A stretch of DNA of 64,000 nt from Tubulanus polymorphus (taxonomy: Eukaryota; Animalia; Nemertea): contig NC_134027.1 in NCBI RefSeq assembly GCF_964204645.1, forward strand, positions 8,526,485 through 8,590,484, given 5' to 3'. Positions 1-14,000 of this stretch are shown piece by piece. The translations under genes and the position numbers were made by a program. The first letter of the stretch is position 1, and each line of letters opens with the position of its first letter. Under the pieces are notes generated by a model. It saw nothing but the letters and a program-made list of their open reading frames with translations, made no database searches and was not told the DNA's origin.

Positions 1-321
1 AATCGAGCTGATTACGCTATGCCTACCATACCTCATGTTTGTGTAGCTATTCAATTAAGTTAAAATAACTAAGAGAAGTTTCCTACAACCTACATTACAA
101 TATCTAGAATTTGAAAATCCGAGAATGGTCTCTTAACCACAGGGGATTGGGGTGTAAAATCAGGTAGGCCTACAGAGCTTCGATTTTGGACCCCAGGCTT
201 AAGTGATGAGCCGATTGTTGAAATAACTAATTAGGCTAATTTCAGTTTCAACGGTCGATCAGTTATGGTCAAGAGGCCTCAAGCGCACTTTATTGTACTG
301 AAGTTGGTAGAGATAGAGTGT

Positions 322-562
322 CCTTAAGGCGCATCAAATGAATAATGTAATTCTTCACACAAAGTTTCGGCCCTGGTCATATCGGACACCTGGCTGGAAA
401 CCATATCCAAGGGGATAAGGTTTTTTGAGATACGGTTTCTATGTGTCCAATGTGACCGTTACATAGTGTTAATTGTAATTCAAATGTTTGCTCTTGAATA
501 AAAGCTGCAGAGCCGAAACGTTGAGTGAAGAATTGCGTTATTTATTTGATGTGCCTTTAAAG
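322..562. mobile_element. Inverted-repeat element with ~55-bp arms, probably Penelope-like terminal remnants
   Basis: 322-374 (ccttaaggcgcatcaaatgaataatgtaattcttcacacaaagtttcggccctg) is an imperfect reverse complement of ~508-562. A degenerate hammerhead-like core (491-525) overlaps the start of the right arm. Confidence 0.55.
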
Positions 563-591
563 CTAAGAAGGATACTCTCCTCTACACCTAC

Positions 592-617
592 TTTCAGTTT
601 CAGTTTCAGTTTCAGTT
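592..617. repeat. (TTTCAG)4 microsatellite
   Basis: Four tandem TTTCAG units read directly. Confidence 0.9.
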
Positions 618-705
618 GTCGTTAACAATGAAGGGGCACGATAATATGGATAAGACAAGATAAATGGAAAGCCGCAAAACGACAGACTTGTAATCGAGCA
701 CTGAC

Positions 706-740
<35 letters not shown>
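706..740. repeat. (AAT)~12 microsatellite
   Basis: Perfect AAT tract; it explains the poly-Y and poly-I runs in ORFs 563-865 and 622-834. Confidence 0.95.
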
Positions 741-742
<2 letters not shown>

Positions 743-801
743 GGTGGTTGGTTTATTTTTGAAAAAAATAGGCCAAGAATTAATTTGAAAATACTTTTTA
801 C

Positions 802-868
802 CATCGCAATAATCGACATTTCTTTGACCAACAAGTGACAATGAACTGTTATCCATATTTATCACGAC
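802..868 (-). other. Possible first coding exon of an unidentified minus-strand gene continuing left of the window
   Basis: gcag|gtcgtgataaatATG..., encoding MDNSSLSLVGQRNVDYCD, then gtaaaa. An upstream GTGAGT donor lies near 1189, with ETS-like (ccggaa, ~976) and NRF1-like (tgcatgcgc, ~1075) motifs nearby. No homology recognised. Confidence 0.25.
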
Positions 869-2045
869 CTGCTTCTATTGATACAAGGACAGAATATGTG
901 TGAAATGAATCAAAATGACTTTTAATCGTAGAATTTCAACGAGTTTTGCAGCATTATTTTGACATTTCAACATAACCGGAAATGGATTCGTAGCGTTGCT
1001 AATTACTGAAAAATAACGGTAGTATTACGTATTTTGATATTAAGCCGGCGTCCAAAAATACGTGCAAATGCAACTGCATGCGCTTCACGTAAAGAAAAGG
1101 TTTACCCGAGTCAGAAAATTTTATGTCATAACGGACAAATCTTTGTTTTATTAAGATCGCCTAACCACCAACGAAGTGTCCTCACTCACTTGCCAGTGGC
1201 AGGGACAACTACTACTGCACTCCACTTATATCGTAGCTAATGTTTATATTGTTTGCGTGAGAAGATTTTACGCCTCCCTGATTCCTTGATAACTCCTTGA
1301 TAACTTCTAAAAAAATTGCTTTGAAAGGCGCTTAAAACTCAATTTGAGCAAAATGCCTTAGTTGCTTCCCAATTTTGAGAAATAGGGAAACATGTTTGTA
1401 TTTGTATGCCTAAATCCATACATTTGGGACAAGGATTTTTACCGAATAGCAGTACCAAGGAGTCTATAGTAATTGGGGTATGAAATTTGTAGACACTTCC
1501 TCGAAATGTTCTCCTTGATCGGTTTTTAAGTTGTAATGATTTATCATTGTTTTTTGAAACTTCAGGCCCGGGGCATCTCATGAGCTGAATTTGGTCAACT
1601 CTGACTACAGCTGACGGTGGCACATACCAGTACTTCAACTCAAACCATACAAACCGAATAAAGAAACAGACAGTAAATGCACATATTTTTTTTCTATATA
1701 TCTGTATTGTATTATCAATAATCAAACAAAAAAAGTTTTTATGTATCATATATAGTAAACAATTCTACTTAAATAAATCAACATCACAAAAAAATTGATA
1801 ACTTTTCCTATAAATTTTTTCCAACTATATTTACAGCTATAGCGATATAAAACAAAATCCTTAAAATTGAACCAGACAATTTTGGACGGAATTGATGGCA
1901 ATTGAATCAAACGATCACATCAAAATTGTTTAAGTGAAATAGTTATTGTATTCAGCAGTGTGCAATCACAAAAGTATATCTTGTATAACCATTGATTTTG
2001 ATGGACGGAATTTTTCTATTAAGCTCTTCAACAAATTAACTATTA

Positions 2046-5000
2046 TTATAGCGTAACCCCTTTTAGATAATACACCCACTGCACACTAGAGGGCCCACCC
2101 GCTGACTTTGCGCATGTCACCGTAAGTTTACCCATAACGGCACCCTTCGCTCCGGAATCCGCACCGTCGAATCCGACAACTATTCGATTGTCTTTATGCG
2201 CTCGGATGTTGTCGCCGGTTTTCGCCAGGTGGAATGCTGGATTATCCACCTGGAATGTGAAAGCGGTCGTGTGCGGAAAAACGTTGCGGAAAGTAATAGA
2301 CGTGTTCGATCCTGCTTTGATGACGTAAGGGCCTTGCGGTTTCGGCGCTATGCACGTGCCGTACAGCGGAAAGACGTACTCTCCACCTGAGTTTGAACTG
2401 ACGGTCAACGTCGCTCGCACCTCGCCGAGTTTAGAGGGCTCGAAGTTCACCTCAATGCCAACTTCAGTTCCGGTACTCGAACCAGGAGCCGCTGCGACTG
2501 ACTTATCAACGTGGAAGTCAGAATTATCGACCTGAAAATGATTCAATCAAACATTAGCCTTGGGAACAAATATATCAACACCTTTTATTCTTGGATACAT
2601 CAGATATTATTTCAGATTTCTCATACCTTGCAAGTATAATCGGTCTTCAGCTTTGCGAAGTTCAGGAATTTAGCCATCTGAGTTTGTGACGAGCCAAGAT
2701 TCGTGCGGAAGTAGATAGCTTTCTCAGGTCCGGCTGCGGTGGCCTTCAGATTCAAGTCGTACATGTACAAGCCTAATTCGTTGCTGTTGAATTCCAGACG
2801 AGCTTGAGATTCTCCAACCTTCAGAGGCAAATACTCCATATTAAAAGCTCCCTGTAAACGAATAGATAAAACATAATGTCAATCATAATTTTCTAAAACG
2901 TATATATCTAATGGACATGTAACTACAAAATTCACTTACTTCAGATTGAGCCGGAACCTGCAACTGTGTTGGCATCAAGATTTCAGTTACAGGACACGTG
3001 GCATTGAACGTGACAGCCTGCGTGAGAGGGTTCTCTAGCAGAATGATATTCTGTACACTCTGTCTGACAGGTGTACTCAGATTGACGGTGCTTATGACAC
3101 CAGGACGGACAGATTTGAATGTTATCTCGTAGAACTGATATTCCCCTGTTGATTCATTAGTAAATACAACCTAAAATACACCAGAATGCGCATTGATTAA
3201 CGACCAAAGCCTTTGGGTGTTTTGCCATCCAGTTGACTTAAAATCTTTTTACCTTGAATTGTGACTGGCCTTCTTTGTGGGCATAGTAATTGAGTCTGTA
3301 ATCTTTGTTGTTATTGCCCGGGACATCGATGTAGTCTAAGCCTTTCAAAGTAGTTCCCAAATCCAATTTGTCAGGCTTCATCATCTCAAAGCGTACTTTA
3401 AATCTACAAAGAATACCAAAACGACTCACATAAACATATTCCATAAAACAGAACAACAAAGAATTAGATTTATTGAGAGAATGCCAAAATACACCTGAAA
3501 CTTAAGAGATTTAAGTCTGACCTTTGAGGTTTTTTCAACCAGTTGTTGACTGACAGTAGTTCAGTATATGATGTTTTACATGGAATATCGCGGTTGATAC
3601 GACTGTTTGGTTTCGGTGGTTCAGCAGTTCCTTGTACGTTATACAGTAATCCAGTTCCATCAGGCAGAGGGAAAAATACGGTACCCTGAAAGATTATTGA
3701 GTGTCATGAATATGGCTTGAAAATTTTCAGCAAATCATCATCAAATAGTGATTTTAATTGAAATTAAAGCAATGTTTGATGTAGTTAAGTCCACTTAATC
3801 TGTTACATACCAAATGTTTCTTTCCTTCTGCAGTCATAACCATTGGATAGTAAACCAACTCATATGATTTTGTCTGTTGTGGATCGACAGTAAACGTCTC
3901 CGGGCCTGAGTAGAACTCTCCATCGATAACCGGTCGTAGATTCCAGCACTGATTCGTACGATTCATAATCATCAGATTCTTTGTCTCGCGATTGCGAACG
4001 TGAGTCGTGAAATGTTGAATTTCTTTCACTGGTGAAACGCTGATACACATTCCGGTCAATGTGAGCTTCAGGGGTTTGCCTCCTTCGATGTTACATTTTA
4101 GATTCTACAAGTTTTAAAACATTTGTTAATAGTTTTCCACCTCAAACGGAGCTTCCAAAAACGTTCTAAATGATTAATTTCATGATTGAGTGATTATATA
4201 TAGTAGTAATAGTCATAGTAATCTAATTTCTACAGCAAATATTTCCACTGCGCTATAATGTTCAAAGGTGATGATGAGTGTCTTGCCTGGGGACACTATG
4301 GTAATGTAAGAGGTTTGAACCCATAACCTGGCTTCCAGTAGTCTCACTCTAACAACTGGCCTATACCACTCCTCTGAGCGTGATACTTACATCATATCTG
4401 ACATCTTGGTTCAGATCCTTTGGATGGAAGTGAACTTCAAATGGAACTTCCATTCCCGGGGAGATATACCCTTCTACAGGTTCTATAGAAAAATCGGGTC
4501 CAAATTTAGCGACATCCCATTTAAATCTGAAACGAAACAAGAGGAAACTTTTTCAAGCAATCAGGATTCACAAGTTATTTCAAAGTTATTTATCCAGGCA
4601 ATGACAGAATAAAGCCATCTTCTTATCGGCCAGATGACTCAAACAATGTTTTGAGACTCTATGTGCCAGAAATGTGTGTTATATCGAATTCTAAGATTGT
4701 CAGTTGAATTAATGTACATGTATTGTAAATGTAATGAATTTCTTACCTTGCTCCGATATCACCGGTATTAATCATCAGAAGTTTCCTCGTGCTGCGGCTA
4801 TTTTGAACGACTGCTCCGAACGGTATCGATTCCATGTCGAGACTGATTTCGATACCCTGACACGAACCTTTCATTATGAACAACGGCTGAAACATTCCCG
4901 CACATTCCAGCACGACCTCTTCGGTGAACTGCGGAATTCGCGTTTTCGGCGCGAACGTTACATCGATGCGTCGAGTTCCACCTTTCGGTTCGAGGGTTAT

Positions 5001-8000
5001 TTCGTTTGTAGGATAAACCGTTAGAACGCCTGCTTGTTGTAATGCCTGCTGAGATGGAGTCACGGCTAGGTTGAATGTCAGAGCCGCCGGACTGTTGTTA
5101 ACTACGGGAATCTGCTTTTTGACCATTTGGCCGAGTCGCAACGCTCCAAAGTTAACAATCTTCTGCTTAGGATTTACTACTTCGATCTATAAGGAAATGA
5201 AGAATTACTGTTACAATTTATAGGTAAGTCCTTTACAGTGAGTTTGAAATAATTTGAATATATTTGTTCATAAAAGGCATTTGTTTATTACAAACTTATA
5301 AAAAGGTAATCTTAAAATTGCCTAAATTTGTCTTATCTCACAAATACATTAAAAATTCTTGATAATTCTACTCGCCTTCATTTCCGTTCCTTGTCCGAAT
5401 ATTTCAACGACTTGTTTCGAAAGGCCGTTAACTTCGAATTCGATAACTTCGTGATATCGGATCGGTTCGCGTGGGAAGAACGTGAATCGAATGGGGACGC
5501 TTTGTCCCGGAGCGATCACCATCGCTTCGAAATCATGGGTCAGATATGACGTAGATTGATATAAACAATCAACACTGCAATAGAGAAGTATTTCGCATGT
5601 TTTAAGGGTGAATTACCGGTATGTAAGTACAATCGAAAGTACATAAACCATTTTCTTATGCTGGTTTATATTATTTATTGTTGCATATATCGGTACCTGA
5701 TCTCTTTCTTATCTCTGTTCATAAGTTGAAGTACAGCGGTAGGTGTTGGCATTCCCGCTCGATACACGAAACAAGGTCCGAAGTTGTATGATTGGAACGT
5801 GAAGTGTAAACCTGGACTGACTCCATGTCCTAGCACTGCCATGTTGTACGTCGGGCCATTGGATACCTGTAATACAGGGTAATATGAATCAATTAATTCA
5901 TATTATCGTTTAGTTTTCAATATCAGTTGTTCAAAAGTTGGACAGTTGATAACTAGTTATCAAAAGAGATAATAACTAGTGGACAAATACCATGGTAACA
6001 ATGTGATTTCAATTTCCAGTATGGTATACCCCCGGTATATCCATTGGTTAGCTCTAAGCAACTTTTCAGCAACTGGCCTTTGTTGTTTAAACCCCCCGCC
6101 CAAAATGTTGCAACAGACATCATGCTTACCTTCAATTTTAGTTCGCAACCTTTCAGCGAAGCTTTACTCGTGGGGCAGAATGAAAGAATGCATTTCTCAC
6201 GTTCTCCCTTATTAACGGCGTGCTCCACCGGATCGATGGTTACCATACTCTGACGTTTGCCATTTCGTTCGTTCAATTCCCATTTAAAGTCAAAGTTGAA
6301 TTTTCCGTTGTTAATCACGTACAAGTTACGCGTGGAACTCTCGTTAATTTCAACCTGAAAAACGGAAATATTTATCGGTAAAATATCTGAGCCTGAACAT
6401 TCGTAAAAAGATGATCTTCAAATCAGCCCCATAGAACACAGATTTATGATTCAATCTGTTTTCTTTAGGAGTCTCACCTCGCCGAAGTTGATTTCGTTAA
6501 AACCGTACTGATCCAGCTCAATTTTATTGCCTTGCGAGTCTTCGCACATTAACAACGAACTCATTGTGTATCCCTCGGCTTTCACGTTCAGCGACAGATG
6601 CTGCGTCTTTCGTTTCACGTTACAGATCAAATTGAAATTCACTTCGTTGTCAGTCGTCGGCGTGAAATAAAGGTTGATCGGGAACCTGACGGTGAAAAGA
6701 ATATTCATGAATTCATGAATGTGAAATATCTTAAGAAATGACAGCGTGATTTCCAAGTAATTTACATTGATTTCGGTGGAACGATTCCATTCATAGGTTC
6801 AACAGTTATATGTGATGCATGGCCCGCTGAGAAACAAGTCCTTTCAACAAACGCAAAATGGAATGACGTATCTTCATTGTTGATTACATGCACAGTTTCC
6901 AAAGCCTCGTGACCTGAAATGGTGATTTTTTACATGAACTCGAGGGTATTCCAGCAAATATGACACCTTTTAAACAAATGAATTCAAACTTACCGATGAG
7001 AAGTGATTTGTAGTTGAAGTGTGACCGGTCGAGTGTCACTCGAGGTTCCTTAGTCTCGCCGACGAGAACGAATGGTATCGAAATGCTTTGTTCCGGTATC
7101 ACGAATCTCCAGAACGATTCTACAATTCCAAGCTGATTTGGCATGAATTCGAATGCAATCTACAAAACGTAAATAAACAAATACCGGTACATGTATAGCT
7201 GGATCTCTGGGTTACCGTAAAGGTTGTTCTGACAGAAAAAAAAGAATAAAAATTCACCTCGTGCTTTTTACCGGACAAGACTGCACCTTCCATTGTCAAA
7301 CCTTTAAATGAACTGACAATTTTTGGATCTGGGTCGTCTTCATTTATCCAAACATAGCTGTATGGTTGATTAGTAGGGTTTATGATATTGAAACGTCGGA
7401 CAGTTCGGACGCCGACGCCAATCGCTTCAAATTCTATTACTCTAGTATTTGGATCAAGCATAGCTCCGGGCGGCGAGCCATTCGGGCCTCGTAATTCCGG
7501 ATTACGCCTTGCACCACTGATATAATCCGAATCTTCCAGCTCGAAGTGACAGTATGGAAGCAAACTTCGTCCGTGTAGACCTATTACCGGTCCCTGTTGT
7601 CCTTCTTCGAGATTTGGAATTCTAAAAAGTAAACACAATTGCAAAGTAGCTATATAAGTCAATGACGGAGACATTCTTAAAACCAGTAATTCTTTGATCG
7701 TTGATACAATCAAGATGAGCCTGGTGTTTTTGTAAGTAAAATCGAAAGTAAAATTTTGATAATACTCACGTGCACATCAGCCTTGCGTCATAATCCTGAA
7801 CGTTGATCGGCGAGAATTTGACGGTGAATGATTGTTTCTTCCCGGCAGCTAACATTCCGCTGATAGGATCGACGGTGAATGGCAGACATCCGGTATCGCT
7901 CACAATACTCATAGATGATGATACGTCCTGCATAGATGGTGCGATTGACATCGTGTCGTCTGTAACGCTCGATGACTGCGAATGGGACGGGATGTCTTCC

Positions 8001-11000
8001 ATGATGACTTTCCAGTTGTATTCCATCTGTCCGGTGCCTTTGTTGCTCAACGCAAACCTAGTGGAAACAGCAAAATGTGAGAAACTCAAAGATCATAAAA
8101 GCAAGCGATGCAAAAGACTTTTACGAAGCAATGCAAGACAAGAAAAATTCTTAATTAAAAAAATAATTTTCCGGAAAAATTCATGAATAACAAACTTACT
8201 CATAGACTCTAGTCTGGAACATTAGCGTATCTTTAAACGTAATAGATTCGGTTTTACATTTGTATTGGCAGTAGTCAGCGTTTGCAGAAACCAGTAGATC
8301 CATAGTTCTACTCGACTCGCCTATTTCATTAAACACCGGTTCGACTTCGGTTTCGACGACCTTCTTTTTAGCCGGACGTGTTGTCGCTGATCCCGGTGTC
8401 TTGCTACTATAAGCAGAGAATACGTATAAAATTCATTAAAAATCGATAAATATATTCAAATTATATAGTGGTATCTGTTTCTAACAGTTTATATATTGTG
8501 TCATATTACAATATTCTATGAAATTCTTATCAACTCATCATCCATCTGCAATAATCTATTTTGGCCTCATGGTGGCATCTGGTGCAATGAACATTTTTCC
8601 AAAGACACTGAATATCAAAGAATAGATACAGTACCCGTCGGCAGATGCAGTCGCAGGTGGTGCTATATCGACCCATTTTACAATCCTCATTCTATCATCC
8701 CAATCAGCCACCTCATTGACCGGTTTATCGAACGTGATCTTCGTCAGTTTACACGGTACGGGATGCTCCTCTAACGTCTTTACTTCGTCCGACTTAAACG
8801 TGACGGCTATATCCTTCGAACATCCGGCGTGAAGGTGTCCGATCTGCGGCGAGTATTTCAACTCGGGAATCTCCGGCCAAACGAATCGGATGCAGTCCTC
8901 TTTCGAATGATTTGTCAACGTGAAACTCATCACGCGGGGTTCTTTGATGTAGCAGTCGCCGAAATGAATGTGATTAGCCTTTGCAGCTGAATAAAATACA
9001 TTTATAATCGGTTAACATTCATACAATATTTTGTAGACGAACAATAAATGGTCATCCTCCTCTGGCAGGGATTCGAACCTGATGGCATCGCTACTCAGCC
9101 ATGGCACAAAACCCTGATTCACTAAACCAGGTAAGCAGGTACATGCGCAGATTTGCTGATCAGATTGCCCGTTGTTTATTTGCTGAGTCAAGTTTCACAG
9201 ATAAACTATTAATGAAGAAACCATGGTTAAAATAGAACAGGTTATCTGATAGGCTAATAATGGCTTCATCTAAGCTGTGCATGTAGCTGCGCACTTGGTT
9301 GGTTTGGCAGAGTTTCGTATCGTGGCGAGTCTAATGATTTTAGCGAGGGGAGGATGCAAATGGTAGACTTATACCTTCCACATCATCATCAGCCATATTG
9401 CCCTCTTGTTTTTCGGGATCGATTTGGAAGTTGATATTCGGGATGTTATCGAAAGTGACGTCGTCTTCGTATCCTTCGCCGACGAGTTGAACGATCGAAT
9501 CTTCGTACTGATTATTGACAACGCTGATTTTGACGTTTGCCTGCGAACGCTGCGGCAATAACGGTTTGAAGATCATGTCGAAAGATGCCGTTTCATCGAC
9601 GTCGATGATGACACTAGCCGTATGCGGTTTCTTTGAAATACCGTCTGAATGAAAAACGATCTTACTTCAACAAATAGTTCTACTCGATAGTGGGTACATT
9701 GTATCTGACTTCTTAACCATTCAGGCATCTGGTGGCTAATTGTGCCCAAATAAAAGAGTACAGTGTATTAGTTTGCACATGGCTTAAACGTACATACCGA
9801 TTTTATCCTCTGTATTCATAATGGCTTTAGTTCCGTTGATAGGCTTCATACTGAACGCACCATCAGGATCCGCAAGATCAATATCAACCTAGAAACATAC
9901 AAATACACCTTCAAAACCAAGTGAAACCAAATTTCCGATTCAAGATAGATATGAGCACCTGTAGGGTCTCATGTTACTGAAGGTTTTGACTTACTTTGCA
10001 CGGCAATGTCCCATCATTGACCAAAACAAGTGGCAGTGACTCTGATCGACCAACAAGATTCTTTCGGAACAAAGCCAAAGGCTGACCTTTGCGATTTCGA
10101 ACAGTCGGTTTTTGAATCGAAATTCGAGGCAGATTACCTTCCCCGTGAACTTCAAAAGTGAGGTTTTTGCCACGAAGACTCTGCGGAAGTCCCTCCAATG
10201 CTGCTTCGAATACAGCTGTGAAAGCCTGAAAACCACACATATATTTTAAAGACATCAAATCTTTCTCAAAGATTATGTATTTCATTCTGACAAGCGATCT
10301 TTAAAAAGATTAAATCAAGGATGGCAGTTAATCAAGGAGCGCGACATAATTGAAAACAAAATAGGACTAATTCTAGGGTTGCAACATTGAACTATGAATG
10401 AAGTCATCATTTGACTATACATACCTGCATTGATGGTGGACAGAAAGTCACTGTAGCATAAGCATGGCCATGGGCGATAACCTGAGCTCTGGTTGGCTCA
10501 ATCTCAAATATATCCTGCTGTTTTGGCATGTGTTTGCCTTGAACTGGTTTTATACTGAAAACCACATCACAAGGCACCTGAAATATTGATGTAACTTCCA
10601 AGTTTATGATTGAGTGCTTTGAATTTTCATTTGCACAGTGGCTTGTTAATTGGTCCAGTCCTAATACCTTGCTTGAATTGGCGATCTTAAAGCGAGCTTT
10701 GGCCTTGCAACCAACTATTACGTTATTGAACACAAATCTGTTCTCATCTTCACCATAAACTCCACCACTTTCAATCTATACCACACACAATCACATTAAA
10801 AAATATCATTTCAAGTTAAAATAGTAAGTTTATATGTATACAAATAATTAAGTATCATTGTAGTTACCTGATGGCTATGTTGCCAGATGCTGAGATTTTT
10901 GCAAACTCGGTGCTCCTCGAATATCGATCCAACATCCCCGATGTTGATGCTTGGTAAGCAGGCTTCAGCGAACAGTTTGTACGGTATACCATCTTTATGG

Positions 11001-14000
11001 TCTTTTGGATCACGATCCGAGATATCGATTACTATTTCCTATGATGAAGAAGAACGGCTCTTATCAGACTAAAGTCACTTTTATAGAATTGCTGAATGTG
11101 TACACAAAGAAAAATTCATCTACCTCTTCGCATTTTCCAGGAGTTTCGGCAACGCAGTCGACAGTAATCGTCTGTGATTGATTCGGTTGAATGCTGCCAA
11201 ACGCTGGGAAAATTGTAAACATTCCCAACACTAAACGCGCTTGTCCACCACCACCTCCTATTGTTTCTTGTCTGAATTTAATAGAAATTGAGGTTTGCCT
11301 TAATTCAAATCTAATTTCAAATATATGATAATTCAATTTGAAATATACACATTGACATAATCTTTTGAAGTTCATGCATAAATACATGTATAGCTACACG
11401 GTTTCTTTTTGTGCCCGAGTTAGAAAATTCAACACGAAGCATTTTTCATTAGATCCATCTTGAAATAACAACGTGCATTATGATAAAAAGATAAACAATC
11501 GTAGATATTCGTGCACTGTGAAAAAACCTTTTAAAATCACACGCTTGTCAGATCGGAAACAACACATCAAGATTAATTCAAAATAAAGTGTAGAGATTGA
11601 GAATACGGTAGTTGACTTAGTAAAAAACTTGAGCATGTACAGCACAGTTAAGTAGTAAAGATGTAGTGAAGTGTTAAGTTGAAAGAGATTGTTTTTAGAA
11701 AATTTAGCTAAAAACGAAATTCATTAGACACTATTCATGAAAAATTATGATTATTGCGCATGTAAGTAATGATTCTTGATTAGAAAAAATACAACAATTT
11801 AATCTCCATGTATAATACGATACCTGTCTTTGGTCAAAACACTTTAAAAGATTTCAAACAGAGCAATAGATATAGATTATCTCTTGTACACAAAGTTTCA
11901 GATGAAGTATTTTTCTTTTAGCAGTACATACTGGTATATTCTTAATGCAGTTTAAAACAGTATAAACATTGTAACAAGAAATGAACAAGAACGAAGGGTT
12001 AAATTGTGCAGTGAAAACCTCAAGACCATCTGATAGACTGGTGCTTACTTCAGACCATAGGGAAATGATGAAATGCGAGATAACTGTAAGAAATTTCTTA
12101 ATTCTCCCTGAGGTAAAGTTTATACCTATCTATCAAACAGGCCGCTGAAAATGTTGTTTTTGCACCATCACATCACGCAAGAAATGTAAGTAAAATTCAC
12201 TTCGTTAAACTATAAAACATATTGTATGTATCGTATATACCTTGGTCTTCGCCATGGCTGCTGTGCATTTCGTGGTGTTACGTCTTTACTGATACTACCA
12301 GTTATTTCACTTCTTCAGAAACAACAAACAGCAAATAGCAAGGGTTACAATGAGTTTTTTGCGGCGAGTTAGAATCCTTGTGTAATGAATGAAAGGATGA
12401 CGCTTGTATTTTTGTATGCGCAATGAAAGTGATACGTCATTACAACAACATACATGCAACATACCATACAATCAAGCGTTCATGGGTAAAAATCCGTTTA
12501 AATTGTGTTTTAGAAAATAAACTGAATATCATTCGTAAGCTTTCGAGTTAGAGCTGTGCTAAGGCATTTAATGTTAGGAAATATAAATAAAGTAACATCT
12601 AAATAGTGTCATAATCTAAATTCAGAATATTATTGTGTTATAACAGGTATTACTCGGTAAGTAAGTATTACAGTGTCGCATACCTGATCGATTCCGCGCG
12701 TTTCGGTTGTTTTTGTGTCGATCGTCCAGAGCTCGAGCCATCGCGCGATTTCGTTCGCTTGTCATTCTGCTTTACCGGCCTGAAAGTGGGTGTAAAAAGA
12801 GGGTCCAAAAATCGGGAAGAATAACGATACCTAGTCACAATTTTTCGGTTGTCAAGATTAAAATGTGTGAACATTTAAAAACTCACGGTCTCGGTTTCTG
12901 AGCTTGTAATTGTTGCTCGGCCATTTTCATGAATTTATGAATCGTGTATCTGAAGTCGAATTCGCCCTTATTTTCAATGATAAACGTTCGAGTTTTCTTA
13001 CTATTCACGACCAGCGAACCAAAACTGATATCCTCTATCGGTACGATGTTATACCTGAAAATACAACAGAGATAAAATGATTTCTGGTCCATATTTGTAA
13101 GCAAATGAAAGTGGGATGGCGTCATCAACCTGACTCTACCACTTACTTGCTGAATACAGCTTTCACGGATACTTTGACTGGAATGCTGGCTATGGTTTCA
13201 CCGCCATCGCTCAAATTAGGTTCTATGACCTGACATCGTAAAATCGGTGCATCGCGAATCACCACTTCCTCTTTAGCTTTGAACAATATTTGTACTTGCG
13301 TACCGCTAGGGCGATCTACCGGCGATAGGGTACCGCGTTGTGGTATTATCGAGAACAAACTGTTAACATCCGGGCCATTCGGATCAGGGTTCTCCAGGAT
13401 AAAGCTGAAAATATACAGAAAAATTTTAAATGACATTTCATTTCTCTTTTATAGAATCTTAAAACAATTATATTCGCCATAAATTTCCATAAGTTATCTA
13501 AACTTGGACGCATACTTACTTATAAGCGATTTCATATTTTCCCTTATTTTTCATAGAGCAGGTTTGTTTCGTTTCTTCCAGAACGCGAATAGTCCCGAAA
13601 TCGATTCCGGCGTCCGCGCCTTTCGGGAAGCTCATGTCTAAAGCGATATCGTACGCTTCGGCGATAACCTGGATGTTCTCCGTCTGCACGAGACCCATGA
13701 TATTCTCGACGTCGGACACTTCGAGGCGAATCGATTTCTTACTCGTCGTGATCGGTTTCATTGCGCGGAAATGCGCGTTCAATGCGTACTCGGATTTCGG
13801 TTCGATGATACCGGACTCGGCAGCGACGGAGAAATCATCGCCGAGACTCTCCATTCCGCTGACTTTCCACGCGACTGGTAACAACGTGCTGTTACGTAGG
13901 TAAACGGTCTTCGTATCTTTTCTGAAATAATGAACGGGTCTTTAACTTGTTATTCCGCCATCAAAAAATCGTCAAGAAACAAGATTTTCCATTACCGGTA

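Noticed and set aside
563-865. ORFs with poly-Tyr and poly-Ile runs
   Set aside because: They are translations of the (AAT)n and (TTTCAG)n microsatellites.
12049-12144. Two further exon-like segments (35 nt and 19 nt) in the HYDIN microexon region
   Set aside because: Neither is a multiple of 3 and both contain in-frame stops; they could only be poison exons, with no support.
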